A DNA stretch of 47,815 nt from an uncultured archaeon (GCA_937921735.1 CAKZTQ010000018.1:1-47815); one strand, 5' to 3'; shown: positions 16,983-27,668, numbered from the stretch's first letter. Program-made: numbers and translations. The notes: generated by a model not told the origin, from the letters alone.

Positions 16983-17798
16983 GTGAGATTCATGAGGTAC
17001 GCGTTTTTGGTCGCGTACGATGGGACGGGCTACTATGGGTTCGCCAGACAACCCAACTTGCCCACCGTCGAGGAAGAGCTGCTGAAGGCCTTTCAGAGAT
17101 TCGGGCTGTACCACGAACTCTCTAATGCGAGGTATTGCGCGGCGGCTCGAACCGATAGAGGTGCAAGTGCCCTCGGACAAGTCGTGGCACTAGATGTGCT
17201 GAAGCTACCGGATATCCCGGCGCTCAACGCCATCCTGCCGCCGGACATCGCTATCTTGGAAGCAAGGGAGATGGATCACTCCTTCGACCCTAGGCGCCAT
17301 GCCATACGTAAATGCTACCGTTACATCTGTAAAGCGCCGAGGGATTTCGACCTGGGAAGGGCAAAGGAAGCGGCTAAGCTTTTTGAGGGTAAGCATGACT
17401 TCAAAAATTTTTGTAAGAGGGAAAAAGGCAGGCACACATGGGCGGAGATAATAAGGGCCCAAGTCGATGGCGACGAGGTTCTGACTCTCAACTTTGAAGC
17501 GAGAGCTTTTCTATGGCAACAAGCTCGCCGTCTCGTAAATGCCATCTTGGCGGTGGGCACCGGTGAGCTCAGCATAGAGAAATTGAAGGAACTGCTTGAT
17601 GGACAATTGGACTCTCCTATCGCGCCAGCCCCACCGGAGGGTCTAATCTTGATGAAGGTCGAGTACACCGACGTGAAGCTAGAACCTAATCCGAATTTAG
17701 CTCAAAAATTCATCGAACACCTGAACAAAAAGCTGGCATTTCATTCGCAGCGAGCCGCAGTTTATAAGAATATCTTAAGCACGATAACGAACACATAG
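16983..17798 (+). CDS. truA: tRNA pseudouridine(38-40) synthase
   Basis: YDGT.YYGF.RQP, RTD.G.SA.GQV, GKHDF.NF, FLWQQ.R, APPEGL.L. Confidence 0.93.
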   Translation: MRFMRYAFLVAYDGTGYYGFARQPNLPTVEEELLKAFQRFGLYHELSNARYCAAARTDRGASALGQVVALDVLKLPDIPALNAILPPDIAILEAREMDHSFDPRRHAIRKCYRYICKAPRDFDLGRAKEAAKLFEGKHDFKNFCKREKGRHTWAEIIRAQVDGDEVLTLNFEARAFLWQQARRLVNAILAVGTGELSIEKLKELLDGQLDSPIAPAPPEGLILMKVEYTDVKLEPNPNLAQKFIEHLNKKLAFHSQRAAVYKNILSTITNT

Positions 17799-17821
17799 AT
17801 AAATCATTTGGGTTGAAGTAC

Positions 17822-18964
17822 ATGCCTGAGCTATCCGAGAAAAGGATGAGGGAAATAGCCAGAGCGTTTGTAACACGTTCGATGAGGATAGGAAGAAGAC
17901 CAGGAGGGAGGTATGACTCAGTCAGGATCACCTACAATCCAACCGACCCTACCTGCGAGAAATTTGCCTTAATGGTGGAGGAGGAATGCTGGCGCCGGGG
18001 AGCCCATACCTTGTTGCTAACTCATCGCTCGTGGAGGGAGAGGAGAAGATACCAGTTAAAGCCAAAGGCATCGCTCAGCCAAATGAGCCCCTTCGCGGAG
18101 GCGATAGCGAGGAAAGCGGATGCGCTCATATTCATAGGAGAAGAAGATGAACCGAGTTGGGCCAAAGGGTTGCACGAGAAGATCAAGCTCACAGCACCCA
18201 TTCGTCAAAAACTGCGTGAGATAACCGATCGAAGAAAGATCAAATGGGCATATTTCGGCTGGCCTCTACCCGCTACGGCCAAAGCCTACGGGTGCCCTGT
18301 GGAGAAGTTTAGGGAGATTTTCTTCAGGAGTATAGAAAACACCTTCACGAAGAGGTTGCTAGATATCTGCAGGTACTATCGAGCCGCGCTAGCGGGCAAG
18401 GACGAGGTTCAGATAACAGCCGATGACGGGACAAACCTAACGCTTCGCATTCGAGGAAGACCGATCCTAGTGGACGATGGCATAATTTCGGACGAAGACA
18501 TGAAAAGGGGTGATGTGGGGGTAAATATACCGGCTGGAGAAGTCTTCGTGGCACCGCTAGAGACCTCGGCCGAAGGCGAAATCTTCTTCGAGAAAGTTGC
18601 AATCCCGGGCTTCGGAAAATTGGAACATCTACGGCTAAAATTCAACAAGGGGAAAATCGCTAGCTACAAAGCGGAAAGAGGGGAGGAAAACTTTAGAAGA
18701 TTCCTCGAGGCCAATACCGGCGAAAAAGACAGGATCGCCGAGCTGGGCTTCGGCTGCAACCCAGGAGCTGAGTACACGGGCGGAAGCATAATCGTCGACG
18801 AAAAGATATTCGGGACGATACACGTAGCGATAGGAAATAACCGAGGCGCCTATCACGGCAGGAACAGGGCATCCAGCCATTTAGACCTAATCAAGGACAT
18901 GTCGAGGGGACAGGTATTCGTGGACGGAAAGGTTATCATGAGCCGCGGGAAGCCCTTGTTGTGA
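17822..18964 (+). CDS. Aminopeptidase, M29 (thermophilic metallopeptidase) family
   Basis: NIPAGEVF.AP, AELGFG.N, DEKIFGT.H.AIG, SHLD. Confidence 0.88.
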   Translation: MPELSEKRMREIARAFVTRSMRIGRRPGGRYDSVRITYNPTDPTCEKFALMVEEECWRRGAHTLLLTHRSWRERRRYQLKPKASLSQMSPFAEAIARKADALIFIGEEDEPSWAKGLHEKIKLTAPIRQKLREITDRRKIKWAYFGWPLPATAKAYGCPVEKFREIFFRSIENTFTKRLLDICRYYRAALAGKDEVQITADDGTNLTLRIRGRPILVDDGIISDEDMKRGDVGVNIPAGEVFVAPLETSAEGEIFFEKVAIPGFGKLEHLRLKFNKGKIASYKAERGEENFRRFLEANTGEKDRIAELGFGCNPGAEYTGGSIIVDEKIFGTIHVAIGNNRGAYHGRNRASSHLDLIKDMSRGQVFVDGKVIMSRGKPLL

Positions 18965-20180
18965 GACCCGCGAGATAGTCTATCTCCTTCTCCGTCAGCT
19001 CGAGTTGGGCTGCTATCCTAGATGCGGTTTTTTTATCGCGGGCAAAGATTATGCTCAAATAGGGGATGAAGTACTTCCTCGCCTCTTTGCTTGAGATGTG
19101 GCAATACCTAGCGATCTTTTGGGCGATGCCGTCGCGTAGCGCCCTTGCACCCCTCGTCTTAGCGTAAAGTAGACCAGAGCTCGGGACTTGAAACCGAACG
19201 TGCCTCATCTCACCCTCTCGTGCCACCGCGACACCACAGGTCATCAGGTCGCTCGCGTAACCCCACATCCCGTAGGCCTGCCTCTTTCGAGTCCGGCCGA
19301 GAAAGATGTCGGCGCGTGAAAGCGCCTCATAGACCCGCGCGAGGTCGGAGGGCTCTAAAAGCATCCTAGGCACATTTTCGCTTATCCAATCTATGGCATC
19401 ATCGGGGGGGCGATCGAGTGCCCAGAGGATTTCCCTCGCCTCCTTGCAGGTGGTCGCGTGGAGGAGCCGCGAGAGCACCTCGAATATGTTGGCCTCGCGA
19501 TCGCGTCTGTAGACGATCACATCTTTAATCGTCAGGCGACGTTTGCCGGTCGCCACGGCTTGAAGGTCGTTTATCGCGGATCGCAGGTCGCCTCTCGCTG
19601 CTTCGGCTATAACTTTAAGCGCCAAGGGTTCCGCCTCAATCCCCTCGGCACGAGATATCCGCTCCAAGGCCTTGACTATTGAATCCTCAGCGAGGCGTCG
19701 AAAGTTTACCGCAAAGCAGGCGGACCTGATATCAGCGGGTATGGCGTATTGATCGTTCGCGATGAGCACGATTGGATTTTGAGCTTGCTCGAGTAGTTCA
19801 CCTATCGCGCGATAGCCGCCTCGATCCACGGTGCCGTGGATGTTATCGGCTTCATCGAGAACGATGAGGCGTTTACCCACCACGCCCGCAAATAACGTCC
19901 CGCTGGTAGCGGCTGTGCCAGCGACCTGTTTGATCACTTCGAACGTGCGTTTGTCGCTCGCGTTGAGCTCTATGAGATCCCAACCCATCTCCCGCGCTAA
20001 AGCCCTAGCGGCGACGGTTTTACCGGTACCGGCAGGCCCATAGAGTAAAAGCGCGCGCCTCTTAGGCTTGCCTCTTTTCCATTCGTCTGCCCACTCGAGA
20101 ATGGATTTTATCGCTTGGGGCTGTCCGATCACCTCGCTCAGCTTGCGTGGAGCGTACTTCTCCACCCATGGCTCGGTCAT
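18936..20180 (-). CDS. rfcL: Replication factor C large subunit
   Basis: PWVEKYAP, GPAGTGKT, ELNASD.R, LDEAD, GDLRSAINDLQ, WISEN, LSRAD.FL.R. Confidence 0.95.
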   Translation of the reverse strand: MTEPWVEKYAPRKLSEVIGQPQAIKSILEWADEWKRGKPKRRALLLYGPAGTGKTVAARALAREMGWDLIELNASDKRTFEVIKQVAGTAATSGTLFAGVVGKRLIVLDEADNIHGTVDRGGYRAIGELLEQAQNPIVLIANDQYAIPADIRSACFAVNFRRLAEDSIVKALERISRAEGIEAEPLALKVIAEAARGDLRSAINDLQAVATGKRRLTIKDVIVYRRDREANIFEVLSRLLHATTCKEAREILWALDRPPDDAIDWISENVPRMLLEPSDLARVYEALSRADIFLGRTRKRQAYGMWGYASDLMTCGVAVAREGEMRHVRFQVPSSGLLYAKTRGARALRDGIAQKIARYCHISSKEARKYFIPYLSIIFARDKKTASRIAAQLELTEKEIDYLAGLTTRASRGS

Positions 20181-20326
20181 CTGAATACCAAAAAGAAGTA
20201 AGACTTGGCGGTTAAAGCTTTGATGACAAGGGCTTATCGAACAAATCTACGACATAGAAAATTTTAAAAATCCGCACCCAAGAAAATCTTCTGCAAAAGG
20301 AGGATGAAAGATAAAGGAGGCTGGAC

Positions 20327-20509
20327 ATGAGGGTTAGGGGACTCCTTCACGATGAGGCCGCCGTGGAGCCGCTCGTGATGAAGCTGCTGGCCGCGGTCGC
20401 GCTGCTCATCGTGGGCCTGGGCATAGGGATCGGCCTTTATAAGAGAGCCGGTGCTGCTGCCGAGAGCATGTTGGAGAACGCGATAGAAAACCTCGCCAAG
20501 GGAGCATAG
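20327..20509 (+). CDS. Small pilin-like protein (putative class III signal peptide)
   Basis: HDEAA|VEPL followed by a long hydrophobic helix; AAAGGAGG RBS. Confidence 0.55.
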   Translation: MRVRGLLHDEAAVEPLVMKLLAAVALLIVGLGIGIGLYKRAGAAAESMLENAIENLAKGA

Positions 20510-20512
20510 AGT

Positions 20513-20866
20513 GTGCCGGCGCTGAGGATGCTGGCCTCGGTCATCTTCGCTTCCTTGACCGTCCTGACCTTCGCCATGGCCTACAAATACGCTGGAGCTC
20601 TAGCAAGGGTGCGAGATGCGAGGGAGGCCGCTTTAGAGGTTGATGCTGCAGTGCGGGCGGTCATCGCGACGGGAGATCAAAGAAAGGTCAACGTTAGGAT
20701 ACCCGAAGGCTACGTGCTGAGCTTCGGGGATAACCGAATAACGATCGATGGCATAACCCTGCCGGAGGACGGTTATCCATTGCCCATCGTCGGGCCGGAA
20801 CTCGGATCTGGCACATACGTTTTGACCATCTCCTTCGAAAACGGAGCGATCTTGGTATCCACATGA
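20513..20866 (+). CDS. N-terminally anchored pilin-like/exported protein
   Basis: Hydrophobic N-terminal helix, long amphipathic helix, then beta-rich domain; operon context. Confidence 0.55.
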   Translation: MPALRMLASVIFASLTVLTFAMAYKYAGALARVRDAREAALEVDAAVRAVIATGDQRKVNVRIPEGYVLSFGDNRITIDGITLPEDGYPLPIVGPELGSGTYVLTISFENGAILVST

Positions 20867-21294
20867 ACCTCACGCAGGTGTTCAAGACCCTGATCGTGTG
20901 CATCTTCGCGATCGCGCTCGTTTTGGCGAGCGCCTCAGCCTACCGGAGGCACCGAGCACTTACGAAGTTAGCGGAGCTCAGCGATGCAACTTCTGCAATC
21001 GTGGTCCACTTGACGGCCAATAAACTCGCTTACGTCGATGCCCTCGGCAACAAGCTAAATTATGTGATCGACCCGACCAAGTTTGAGGATCTAGATTTCA
21101 CCCTCAAGATAGGAGGCCAAAACTTCGGCTTCCAAGTGCAAGTGCAGGATTTAAAGGATGGATACTCCCTCGGCCCCTTCGGCCCAGTACCTCCAAGCAA
21201 TAGAGAGACTTGTTCTTTGGCAGTGGCATGCTCGCTGAGGTTGGATGGCCGATACGTGCCAGCTAAGTTGAGTGTGGTAGCGTGGTACGCTTAA
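20863..21294 (+). CDS. N-terminally anchored pilin-like/exported protein
   Basis: N-terminal TM helix and C-terminal beta strands (LSVVAW); ATGA-coupled. Confidence 0.55.
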   Translation: MNLTQVFKTLIVCIFAIALVLASASAYRRHRALTKLAELSDATSAIVVHLTANKLAYVDALGNKLNYVIDPTKFEDLDFTLKIGGQNFGFQVQVQDLKDGYSLGPFGPVPPSNRETCSLAVACSLRLDGRYVPAKLSVVAWYA

Positions 21295-21761
21295 CCGAGA
21301 GGGGCATCTCCGACGTGCTTTCAATCGCATTCATGTTCATCATCCTCATCGTGGGCAGCGCTATCATGCACGCTTATAGCTTGAGACCCCTTCAAGCCGC
21401 TACGGCGCGACAGCTCGAGCTCAAGTGCGAACATCTGTACGGAATGCTGGAAACATCATGGGTCGAGCCCTACTCGATCGGTATCTTGAAAGCGGCTGCT
21501 GAACAAATAGTGCTTGAATCGCCCGCGGTACCGGACCAGTACCTGCGCTCGTACGTGAGGGCAACACTTAACCACTTACGACCGCCTGGCTACGGCGTGG
21601 TCGTGCTACTAAGCCAAGGCGGCAAAACTTGGACGCTCACTTGTCCTGAAAATGCCCATGAGACCGACGAGCAATTCCTCGCGCGCGGGCAGATTTCCAT
21701 CACGAAAGCGGGCGGAGAAGTGGTAACGCTATCCGTAGAAGTTAAGCTCTTCAAGATTTAG
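21282..21761 (+). CDS. Archaeal pilin-like protein with class III signal peptide
   Basis: TERG|ISDVLSIAFMFIILIV matches the archaeal prepilin [KR]G| cleavage motif followed by a hydrophobic helix. Confidence 0.65.
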   Translation: MVRLTERGISDVLSIAFMFIILIVGSAIMHAYSLRPLQAATARQLELKCEHLYGMLETSWVEPYSIGILKAAAEQIVLESPAVPDQYLRSYVRATLNHLRPPGYGVVVLLSQGGKTWTLTCPENAHETDEQFLARGQISITKAGGEVVTLSVEVKLFKI

Positions 21762-21766
21762 ATGCC

Positions 21767-24163
21767 TCAAAAACTTTGTGGAACCACTACCTGTTCTATT
21801 CTGGTCGGTTGATCGTTGTCCTTGTCCCGATGGAAGCGGTATAGATACCCACTGACCGCTGCCTCCAATCGCTCCTCATGCGTTATGAGCAGCACCTGGC
21901 GGACTATTTCCGGGACTCGCTCGCGCAGGGCAGTCGCGAGTTCCTGGATTCCCTCCGCGTCCAAGTTGTGGGTGGGCTCGTCCAACACCAACCAGCTGAG
22001 GGTCGGCGCCAGCACGATCGCGAACGCTATCCTTAACGCCAAGCAGGCGCAGGTTCGCTCGCCGCCGCTCGCAATGCCCTCCACCGGCAACCAATTGCCA
22101 AACCTGTCGCGCAGCTGCAGGACATAGTCCCCCTTGCCTTCTCCCTCCACGGCAAGCCTTATGCTAGTGAGGTCACCGTAGGGATAGATATCCCCCCACA
22201 GTTCAGCCATCGCCTCATTTACGGCCTCGATGAAGTTGCGGCGGAGCGATACCTGCGTCCTGGAAAGGGCTACCTGGATCGTCTGAAGGGCCTCCACCGC
22301 CTGTTGGAGATATTTGAGCTCAACCTCGTAGCGGGCGATCATGGCTTTTTTCTCCCGAAGGCTTTCGATGAGTTTGCGCCTCTCGGCTATCAACTGTTCC
22401 TTACCCGCCAGCTCAGCCTTGAGACGTTCATGCGTCCTGATCAACTCCTCCCAGCGGGCTTGCAACTCCCTGGCTCTCGCTTCGTCGTAGGTTCGCCTCA
22501 ACTGCCAGTGCTCGCGGCGCGCCCGCAGGCTCTCCGCGAGCTTTCGCTTGTGCTCCGACTCGAGTCTGTCCAATTCCTCGCGGAAGTGTAGGAGCTGCTT
22601 TAGCTCCTGAAGCCGTTCCCGCAGCTTTTCCAACTCTCGGCGCTGGCGGTCTACTTCGGATCGGAGCCCCTCCATTTCCACCCGCGCGTTCGTCAGCTCC
22701 TCGTTTAGGCTGAGGATCTCTTGCTCCACCCTCGAGCGCTCAGCTTCTAGCGCCTGAAGGCCCTCGACCTCCTTAGCGATCAACATGGCGCGCCTCTGTA
22801 GTTCTAACTTTTGGTTCAAGAACTCCTGTAGCTCAGATAAACGCTTCTCCAGCCGAGCGGCCAGCCTGCGATAATCCTCGATTCTTGCCCCACGATCCTC
22901 AAGCAATCGCTGTTTTCTATCCTCAGACAATGGGCTTTCGCACACGGGACAGATGGAACCCGCCATCGCAAGCTCATTAGACGCCTGTTCCAAGTCCTGT
23001 AGACGCGCGCGAGTTGCTGCTAACTCGTCGCCGACATCCCTGATCTCCACTTGCAGCCTTCCAATGGAATCGGTCAGTTCCTGTGTTCTCAAGCTTTCCA
23101 GCTCGCCGCGCAACCTGTGCTTGGCTTCTATTTCGCTCGAAATTTTTTCCAAGCGGTCGCTGTACATCTTTATCTTCGTCTCCAACTCGCGGACCCACGA
23201 GGTTGAGGAGGTCAGCTTTGAGCTCAAATCCTCCACCTTGCTTGAGGCCTCCCTGAATTCCCGTTCCGCATTTGCAACCTGTTTCCTCAGCTCCTCGCTT
23301 TCGATCCCCATCGCCCCGCCGAGCCTGGCCTTTACATCTTCCAATCGTTGGTTAAGCTGTGTTATTTCACCTTCGAGCTCCTTGAGGGATTTCTCGAGTT
23401 GCGCCAACCTTTGCTCAACCTCCCGCAACTGTTGCAGCTCCCTTTGGACGCTCTCGAGCTCTGGCTGCAGTTGTTTTAATCGCGCATGAATCCCTTGCTT
23501 CGAGAGCTCCAGCTCGTTCAACCCTTGTTCCAGGGCCGGCAGGGCCGCCAGAGCTGCGTCCTGCCTGAGCTCATTTAGAGCAGCCCGTCGGTCATCGATG
23601 CGCTCTTGGATGCGATGAACCAATGTGCCCATATTTTTGCGCGCAAGCTCTAGCTTATCTATGCTCAACAACTCGTCGATGCTCTCCATACGCTTCCCCC
23701 TCGGCAACGTCAGAAAATAATCCAGCCGATTTTGCTCGGAGTACACCGCTCGCTCAAAGAGATCATAATCGAGCTTTAGTATGGATTGAATTGCTTCGCT
23801 CACGCGCGTGGCGCTCGGACTTTCGATCAACTCGCCGCTCGCCTTGCGTAGCTCGGAAAAAGTCGTGCCGCTTCCCCGCTCGATCACGCGCTTGACTATA
23901 TACTCCTCCCCGTCCGGAGCGATGAAGCTCACTTCCACCTCCGCCGAGCCCATTTGCTTTGGCCTGTTCATGATGAGTTCATCCAGCTTGATCCTACGCG
24001 TTTGCACCTGGGGTAGGGTACCGAAGAGCGCGTAAGTTATGGCCTCGAGGACCGCCGACTTGCCAGCCCCCATCATCCCAACAAGCACGTTCGTGCCATC
24101 GCCGAATTTTATTTCGCTGTCGAGGTGCGTTTTCCACCCCTTTAGCTTGACGCGCGTTATCAT
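21767..24163 (-). CDS. rad50: DNA double-strand break repair ATPase Rad50
   Basis: Walker A GMMGAGKS, coiled coils, Zn hook CPVC, signature SGGE, LDEPT, ITH. Confidence 0.95.
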   Translation of the reverse strand: MITRVKLKGWKTHLDSEIKFGDGTNVLVGMMGAGKSAVLEAITYALFGTLPQVQTRRIKLDELIMNRPKQMGSAEVEVSFIAPDGEEYIVKRVIERGSGTTFSELRKASGELIESPSATRVSEAIQSILKLDYDLFERAVYSEQNRLDYFLTLPRGKRMESIDELLSIDKLELARKNMGTLVHRIQERIDDRRAALNELRQDAALAALPALEQGLNELELSKQGIHARLKQLQPELESVQRELQQLREVEQRLAQLEKSLKELEGEITQLNQRLEDVKARLGGAMGIESEELRKQVANAEREFREASSKVEDLSSKLTSSTSWVRELETKIKMYSDRLEKISSEIEAKHRLRGELESLRTQELTDSIGRLQVEIRDVGDELAATRARLQDLEQASNELAMAGSICPVCESPLSEDRKQRLLEDRGARIEDYRRLAARLEKRLSELQEFLNQKLELQRRAMLIAKEVEGLQALEAERSRVEQEILSLNEELTNARVEMEGLRSEVDRQRRELEKLRERLQELKQLLHFREELDRLESEHKRKLAESLRARREHWQLRRTYDEARARELQARWEELIRTHERLKAELAGKEQLIAERRKLIESLREKKAMIARYEVELKYLQQAVEALQTIQVALSRTQVSLRRNFIEAVNEAMAELWGDIYPYGDLTSIRLAVEGEGKGDYVLQLRDRFGNWLPVEGIASGGERTCACLALRIAFAIVLAPTLSWLVLDEPTHNLDAEGIQELATALRERVPEIVRQVLLITHEERLEAAVSGYLYRFHRDKDNDQPTRIEQVVVPQSF

Positions 24164-25461
24164 CGCCTCCCTCCCCTGAGTTCAGCCTCGATCTGTTTCC
24201 CTACCACTTCCAGTACCTTCTCCAGTGCCTCCTCGGTCCTATCCTCCGCCAAAAGATCGTAGAGCGTCCGCATATCGAACACCTGCGCATATCCGATCTC
24301 GTGGAGGTGGGCTTCGAGCAATCTCATGGCTATCTCGTCCACGGGCAATCTATGCTCGCGCAACTCGCGTAGAAATCGTACCTTTTCCTGAAGTCCTGGC
24401 GCCGTAAGCTCGTCCTTATTTATCGCCACCAGCGCTTTATCGGCAAACTCTTGGACGATCGCCTCTTGATCGAAATCCCCCCGCGATGCATCTTTGGCGA
24501 GCGTTCCTCGTAGCCTAAGCCTTATCAAGGGGAGCTTATCCGGATTCCTCCTGGGCCTCGCGAGCAATTCGTGTAGCTTTTGCCTGATCGCATCGTTCAG
24601 CTGGGGTATGCCAACGTTATCGAATACCATTTCCTCGTAGAAAAAGTCACGCGTGCAGCGAAGTTCTACGAACTCATACCTCACCTCCTCCCCCAGGTCT
24701 AATAAATAGAAGCCCTTGGGCACCTGCGCTTCTATCGGAAGGAGCTGCGTGCGTTCCGTGCTACCCGGAAAAAGTAACGGCCTTCCATGTACCCTCGCCT
24801 CGGCATGATAATGGATATGCCCACAAATGTAAAGATCGAAACCTAACGGCAGATCTTCGAGGTCTATAGTTGGACTTTCCTCGCCAGAGAACACGAACTG
24901 TCCCACAGCTTGGTGCAGCATGAGGATGTTAAATGCCCCATTTACCGGTTTAGGGTTCCAAGCGCTGAGAACGCTCTTAGCGTAGCGCTCGGGCACGTTG
25001 CTCATGCCATGGATGGCCAACTTCCCGGCTGGGGTCTCCAAGATCAATGTATTGGTATGGAGGTGAACGAGAAAACCTGCCGCCTCGAGCGCCTCCACCG
25101 GATTGACCAACCCCTTAACTCGCCGCTCGTGATTTCCGTGTAGCGCCACGATCGGCACTCCCTTGAAGGCTACCGAGGAAATATCGTCCGGATTTTTATC
25201 GACGGTCCCGCTGAGCTTGACGTCCTTTTGTTCCCTCGCCAGCGCCGAAGCTAAAATCCGCATCGCGCGCGACCAGATTTCCTGTCTGGGTATACGTGTG
25301 TCGAAAATATCTCCCGGCATAAGGATGAGCTGAGCCCCAAGCTGAAGCGCTCGCTCCAGAGCCTCTTGAGCTTGGTCAAATGGATCCTGTTGTCGTGGGG
25401 TGCCCCACTTGGTCCCCAAATGAGTATCAGAGATGACGGCTATTTTCAATTCATTTCCCAC
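24160..25461 (-). CDS. mre11: DNA double-strand break repair nuclease Mre11
   Basis: SDTHLG, GDIFD, GNHE, HQ, GHIH, PGS; coupled to rad50. Confidence 0.93.
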   Translation of the reverse strand: MGNELKIAVISDTHLGTKWGTPRQQDPFDQAQEALERALQLGAQLILMPGDIFDTRIPRQEIWSRAMRILASALAREQKDVKLSGTVDKNPDDISSVAFKGVPIVALHGNHERRVKGLVNPVEALEAAGFLVHLHTNTLILETPAGKLAIHGMSNVPERYAKSVLSAWNPKPVNGAFNILMLHQAVGQFVFSGEESPTIDLEDLPLGFDLYICGHIHYHAEARVHGRPLLFPGSTERTQLLPIEAQVPKGFYLLDLGEEVRYEFVELRCTRDFFYEEMVFDNVGIPQLNDAIRQKLHELLARPRRNPDKLPLIRLRLRGTLAKDASRGDFDQEAIVQEFADKALVAINKDELTAPGLQEKVRFLRELREHRLPVDEIAMRLLEAHLHEIGYAQVFDMRTLYDLLAEDRTEEALEKVLEVVGKQIEAELRGGRR

Positions 25462-27550
25462 CTGAGTCCCGCGCGACTTCAGGCTTCCTTTTCCCCCAAT
25501 CCTCTTTGCTGGGGCATCTGGGGTCTAAGCACATGCGATACGGCCTCATGCCTTGGCGGTTCACTTGGATCATCGGCGCACCGCATCTCTCGCAAGTTTT
25601 GTCCATTGGGATTATGGAGCCATTTTGGGGCAGGGGGAAGGAATTCTTACATCCCTTTTGGTAATTCGAACATCCAACGAATCTCTTGTGCGTCCTGCGG
25701 GAGACGATTACCTTTAGCTGACCCCCGCACATCGGACATGTTCCTAAGGTCTTCTGAAGCTGTTTCGTCCTCCTGTACGCTTCGCCGAGTTCCTCGCCTA
25801 TCTCAAGTTGATGCTGTCGGAACTTCTTGAAAATTTCGTCCAATTTCTCCTTGGCCTTTTCTATCACTTCTCGACTGCTGCGCTTCCCCTGTTGGATCGC
25901 CTCCATCTCCTTCTCGAAGTGAGCGGTGAGCTCCTCGCTGACTATCTCCGGGCAGTACTTGCTCAGCGTGTTGACCACTACGATGCCCAGCTCGGTCACG
26001 GAGATCTGATTGCCGAAAATGTAACCCCGATCGTACAACGTTTGAATGATGGGCGCCCTCGTGGCCTTAGTACCGAGGTTTCTCTTTTCGAGCTCCTTGA
26101 CAACGGACGCCGGATTGTAGCGTGGGGGAGGTTGCGTCTCCTTCTCCTCAAAGATCACCTGCTTCGGCATGAGCGTCTGTCCTTCGGAGAGCTGCGGCAG
26201 GATCACCTCCTCCGTCGCACCGTAGGGGCCATAATAGACCAGCCAGCCATCCTCGAGGATGCGGCGCCCCCTCAGGTAAAACTTCTGTCCCGCGACATCG
26301 AGTTCAACTTTAATGCTTTCCTTCAGCGCCGGCACACCGAAGACCGAGAAGAAACGCCTCACGATTAAGTCGTAGAGCTTTTGCTGTGGGCCCGTCAGCT
26401 TCTCTGGCTTTTCGCCGGTGGGGTGGCAGGAGGGATGAGCTGGGTCCACCTTTGGTCCCTCATTCGGCTTGAGCTCGGGCATCGCTAGGAGGCTCTCGGC
26501 GAGCTTGCGGTACCTTGGGATTTCGCCCAGGCGTTCGATTATCTCGGCGTAGTTTATCGTCGGGGGCAATTTCTGGGAGGATGTGCGCGGGTAGGTTATC
26601 AAGCCGGCGAGGTATAAGTTCTGGGCGAGCTGCTGCGTGCGCATGGGCGTGTAGCCGAAACAGCGGTAGGCCTCAGCTTGGAGAAGCCCTAGATCGAAAG
26701 GCACGGGTGGCGGTTGCCTATACTGGCGGGTTTGAATCGAAGTTATCAGGGCCGGTTTGCCTTGGCATAAGTCCCTGACCCTTTCGGCCTCCGCCTTGAC
26801 CGTAAATTTAGGCACCGCGTGCTCTGCCCTGAGCTCCTTGCCTTCGAGCTCGATGAGCAATCCTACTACCCAAAAAGGCTCCGGCTTGAAGGCCTTGATC
26901 TGCAGTTCGCGCTCCACCAATATCTTGAGAGCTGGGCTTTGCACCCGTCCAGCTGAAAGTTTCGCAAATCTTTGGTGAGCGGCCTCGACGGCCGAGCTTA
27001 AGGCCTTTGAGGTATTCATACCCCAGTACCAGTCTAGCACGTGTCTAGCGATGCCCGAATCCACCATTTCAAAACTCAGTTGGGGAAGCATGTTCTCATA
27101 CGCCCGGCGAAGGTCTTGGGCGGTGAGGGCTGAGAATTTCATTCGCTTGGCCGTCTTCACCGCGTGCTCGCCGCACAGGAACCTGAGAACGTTGAAGCCG
27201 ATGAGTTCGCCCTCGAGATCGAAGTCGCAACCGCAGATAAACTCATCCGCTCCCTTCGCAAGTTCCCTGATCGCCTCGGCAAATGCCCTAGCCCTCTCCG
27301 CTCTGCGGTTCACCTCATACGTCGGTACCCAATCTACATCGTAGACAGGATAATCGTGCATGGGCCTTACATTTTTAAGCGTGAAGAGATGTCCCAAGGC
27401 CGGAACTACGATCATCTGCTTTCCATCGCGCTCGAACTCGTAATACGGTATACCATTCAGCTCCCGCTTCACGGGCTTTCCTTCGGCGAGCGCCGAGGCT
27501 ATCTTTACTGCGGCGCTTGGCTTCTCGCAAATGATGAGGGCCCTACTCAT
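25451..27550 (-). CDS. topA: Type IA DNA topoisomerase (archaeal TopA) with C-terminal Zn ribbons
   Basis: ICEKPS, GH, D.DLEGE, SAGRVQ, catalytic ITYPRT, GTKATR, C-terminal CxxC ribbons. Confidence 0.96.
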   Translation of the reverse strand: MSRALIICEKPSAAVKIASALAEGKPVKRELNGIPYYEFERDGKQMIVVPALGHLFTLKNVRPMHDYPVYDVDWVPTYEVNRRAERARAFAEAIRELAKGADEFICGCDFDLEGELIGFNVLRFLCGEHAVKTAKRMKFSALTAQDLRRAYENMLPQLSFEMVDSGIARHVLDWYWGMNTSKALSSAVEAAHQRFAKLSAGRVQSPALKILVERELQIKAFKPEPFWVVGLLIELEGKELRAEHAVPKFTVKAEAERVRDLCQGKPALITSIQTRQYRQPPPVPFDLGLLQAEAYRCFGYTPMRTQQLAQNLYLAGLITYPRTSSQKLPPTINYAEIIERLGEIPRYRKLAESLLAMPELKPNEGPKVDPAHPSCHPTGEKPEKLTGPQQKLYDLIVRRFFSVFGVPALKESIKVELDVAGQKFYLRGRRILEDGWLVYYGPYGATEEVILPQLSEGQTLMPKQVIFEEKETQPPPRYNPASVVKELEKRNLGTKATRAPIIQTLYDRGYIFGNQISVTELGIVVVNTLSKYCPEIVSEELTAHFEKEMEAIQQGKRSSREVIEKAKEKLDEIFKKFRQHQLEIGEELGEAYRRTKQLQKTLGTCPMCGGQLKVIVSRRTHKRFVGCSNYQKGCKNSFPLPQNGSIIPMDKTCERCGAPMIQVNRQGMRPYRMCLDPRCPSKEDWGKRKPEVARDSGGK

Positions 27551-27668
27551 AATCTACCAACACCTCTAAGGGGCAGAGCTTCTTTTTATCGATTCTGTGA
27601 ACTTAGGGGACATTATTATATATTGCTTAACCACAGAGGTCTCCGAAAGTAACCTCCTCGGCGTCAAA

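Noticed and set aside
18936-18964. Convergent gene overlaps (also 32126-32134 and 42251-42254)
   Set aside because: Short 3' overlaps are common in compact archaeal genomes.
20296-20330. Duplicated AAAGGAGG and a tiny uORF MKDKGGWT* (20304-20330) overlapping the first pilin start
   Set aside because: The first SD-like element abuts the ATG with no spacer, so there is no support for translation.
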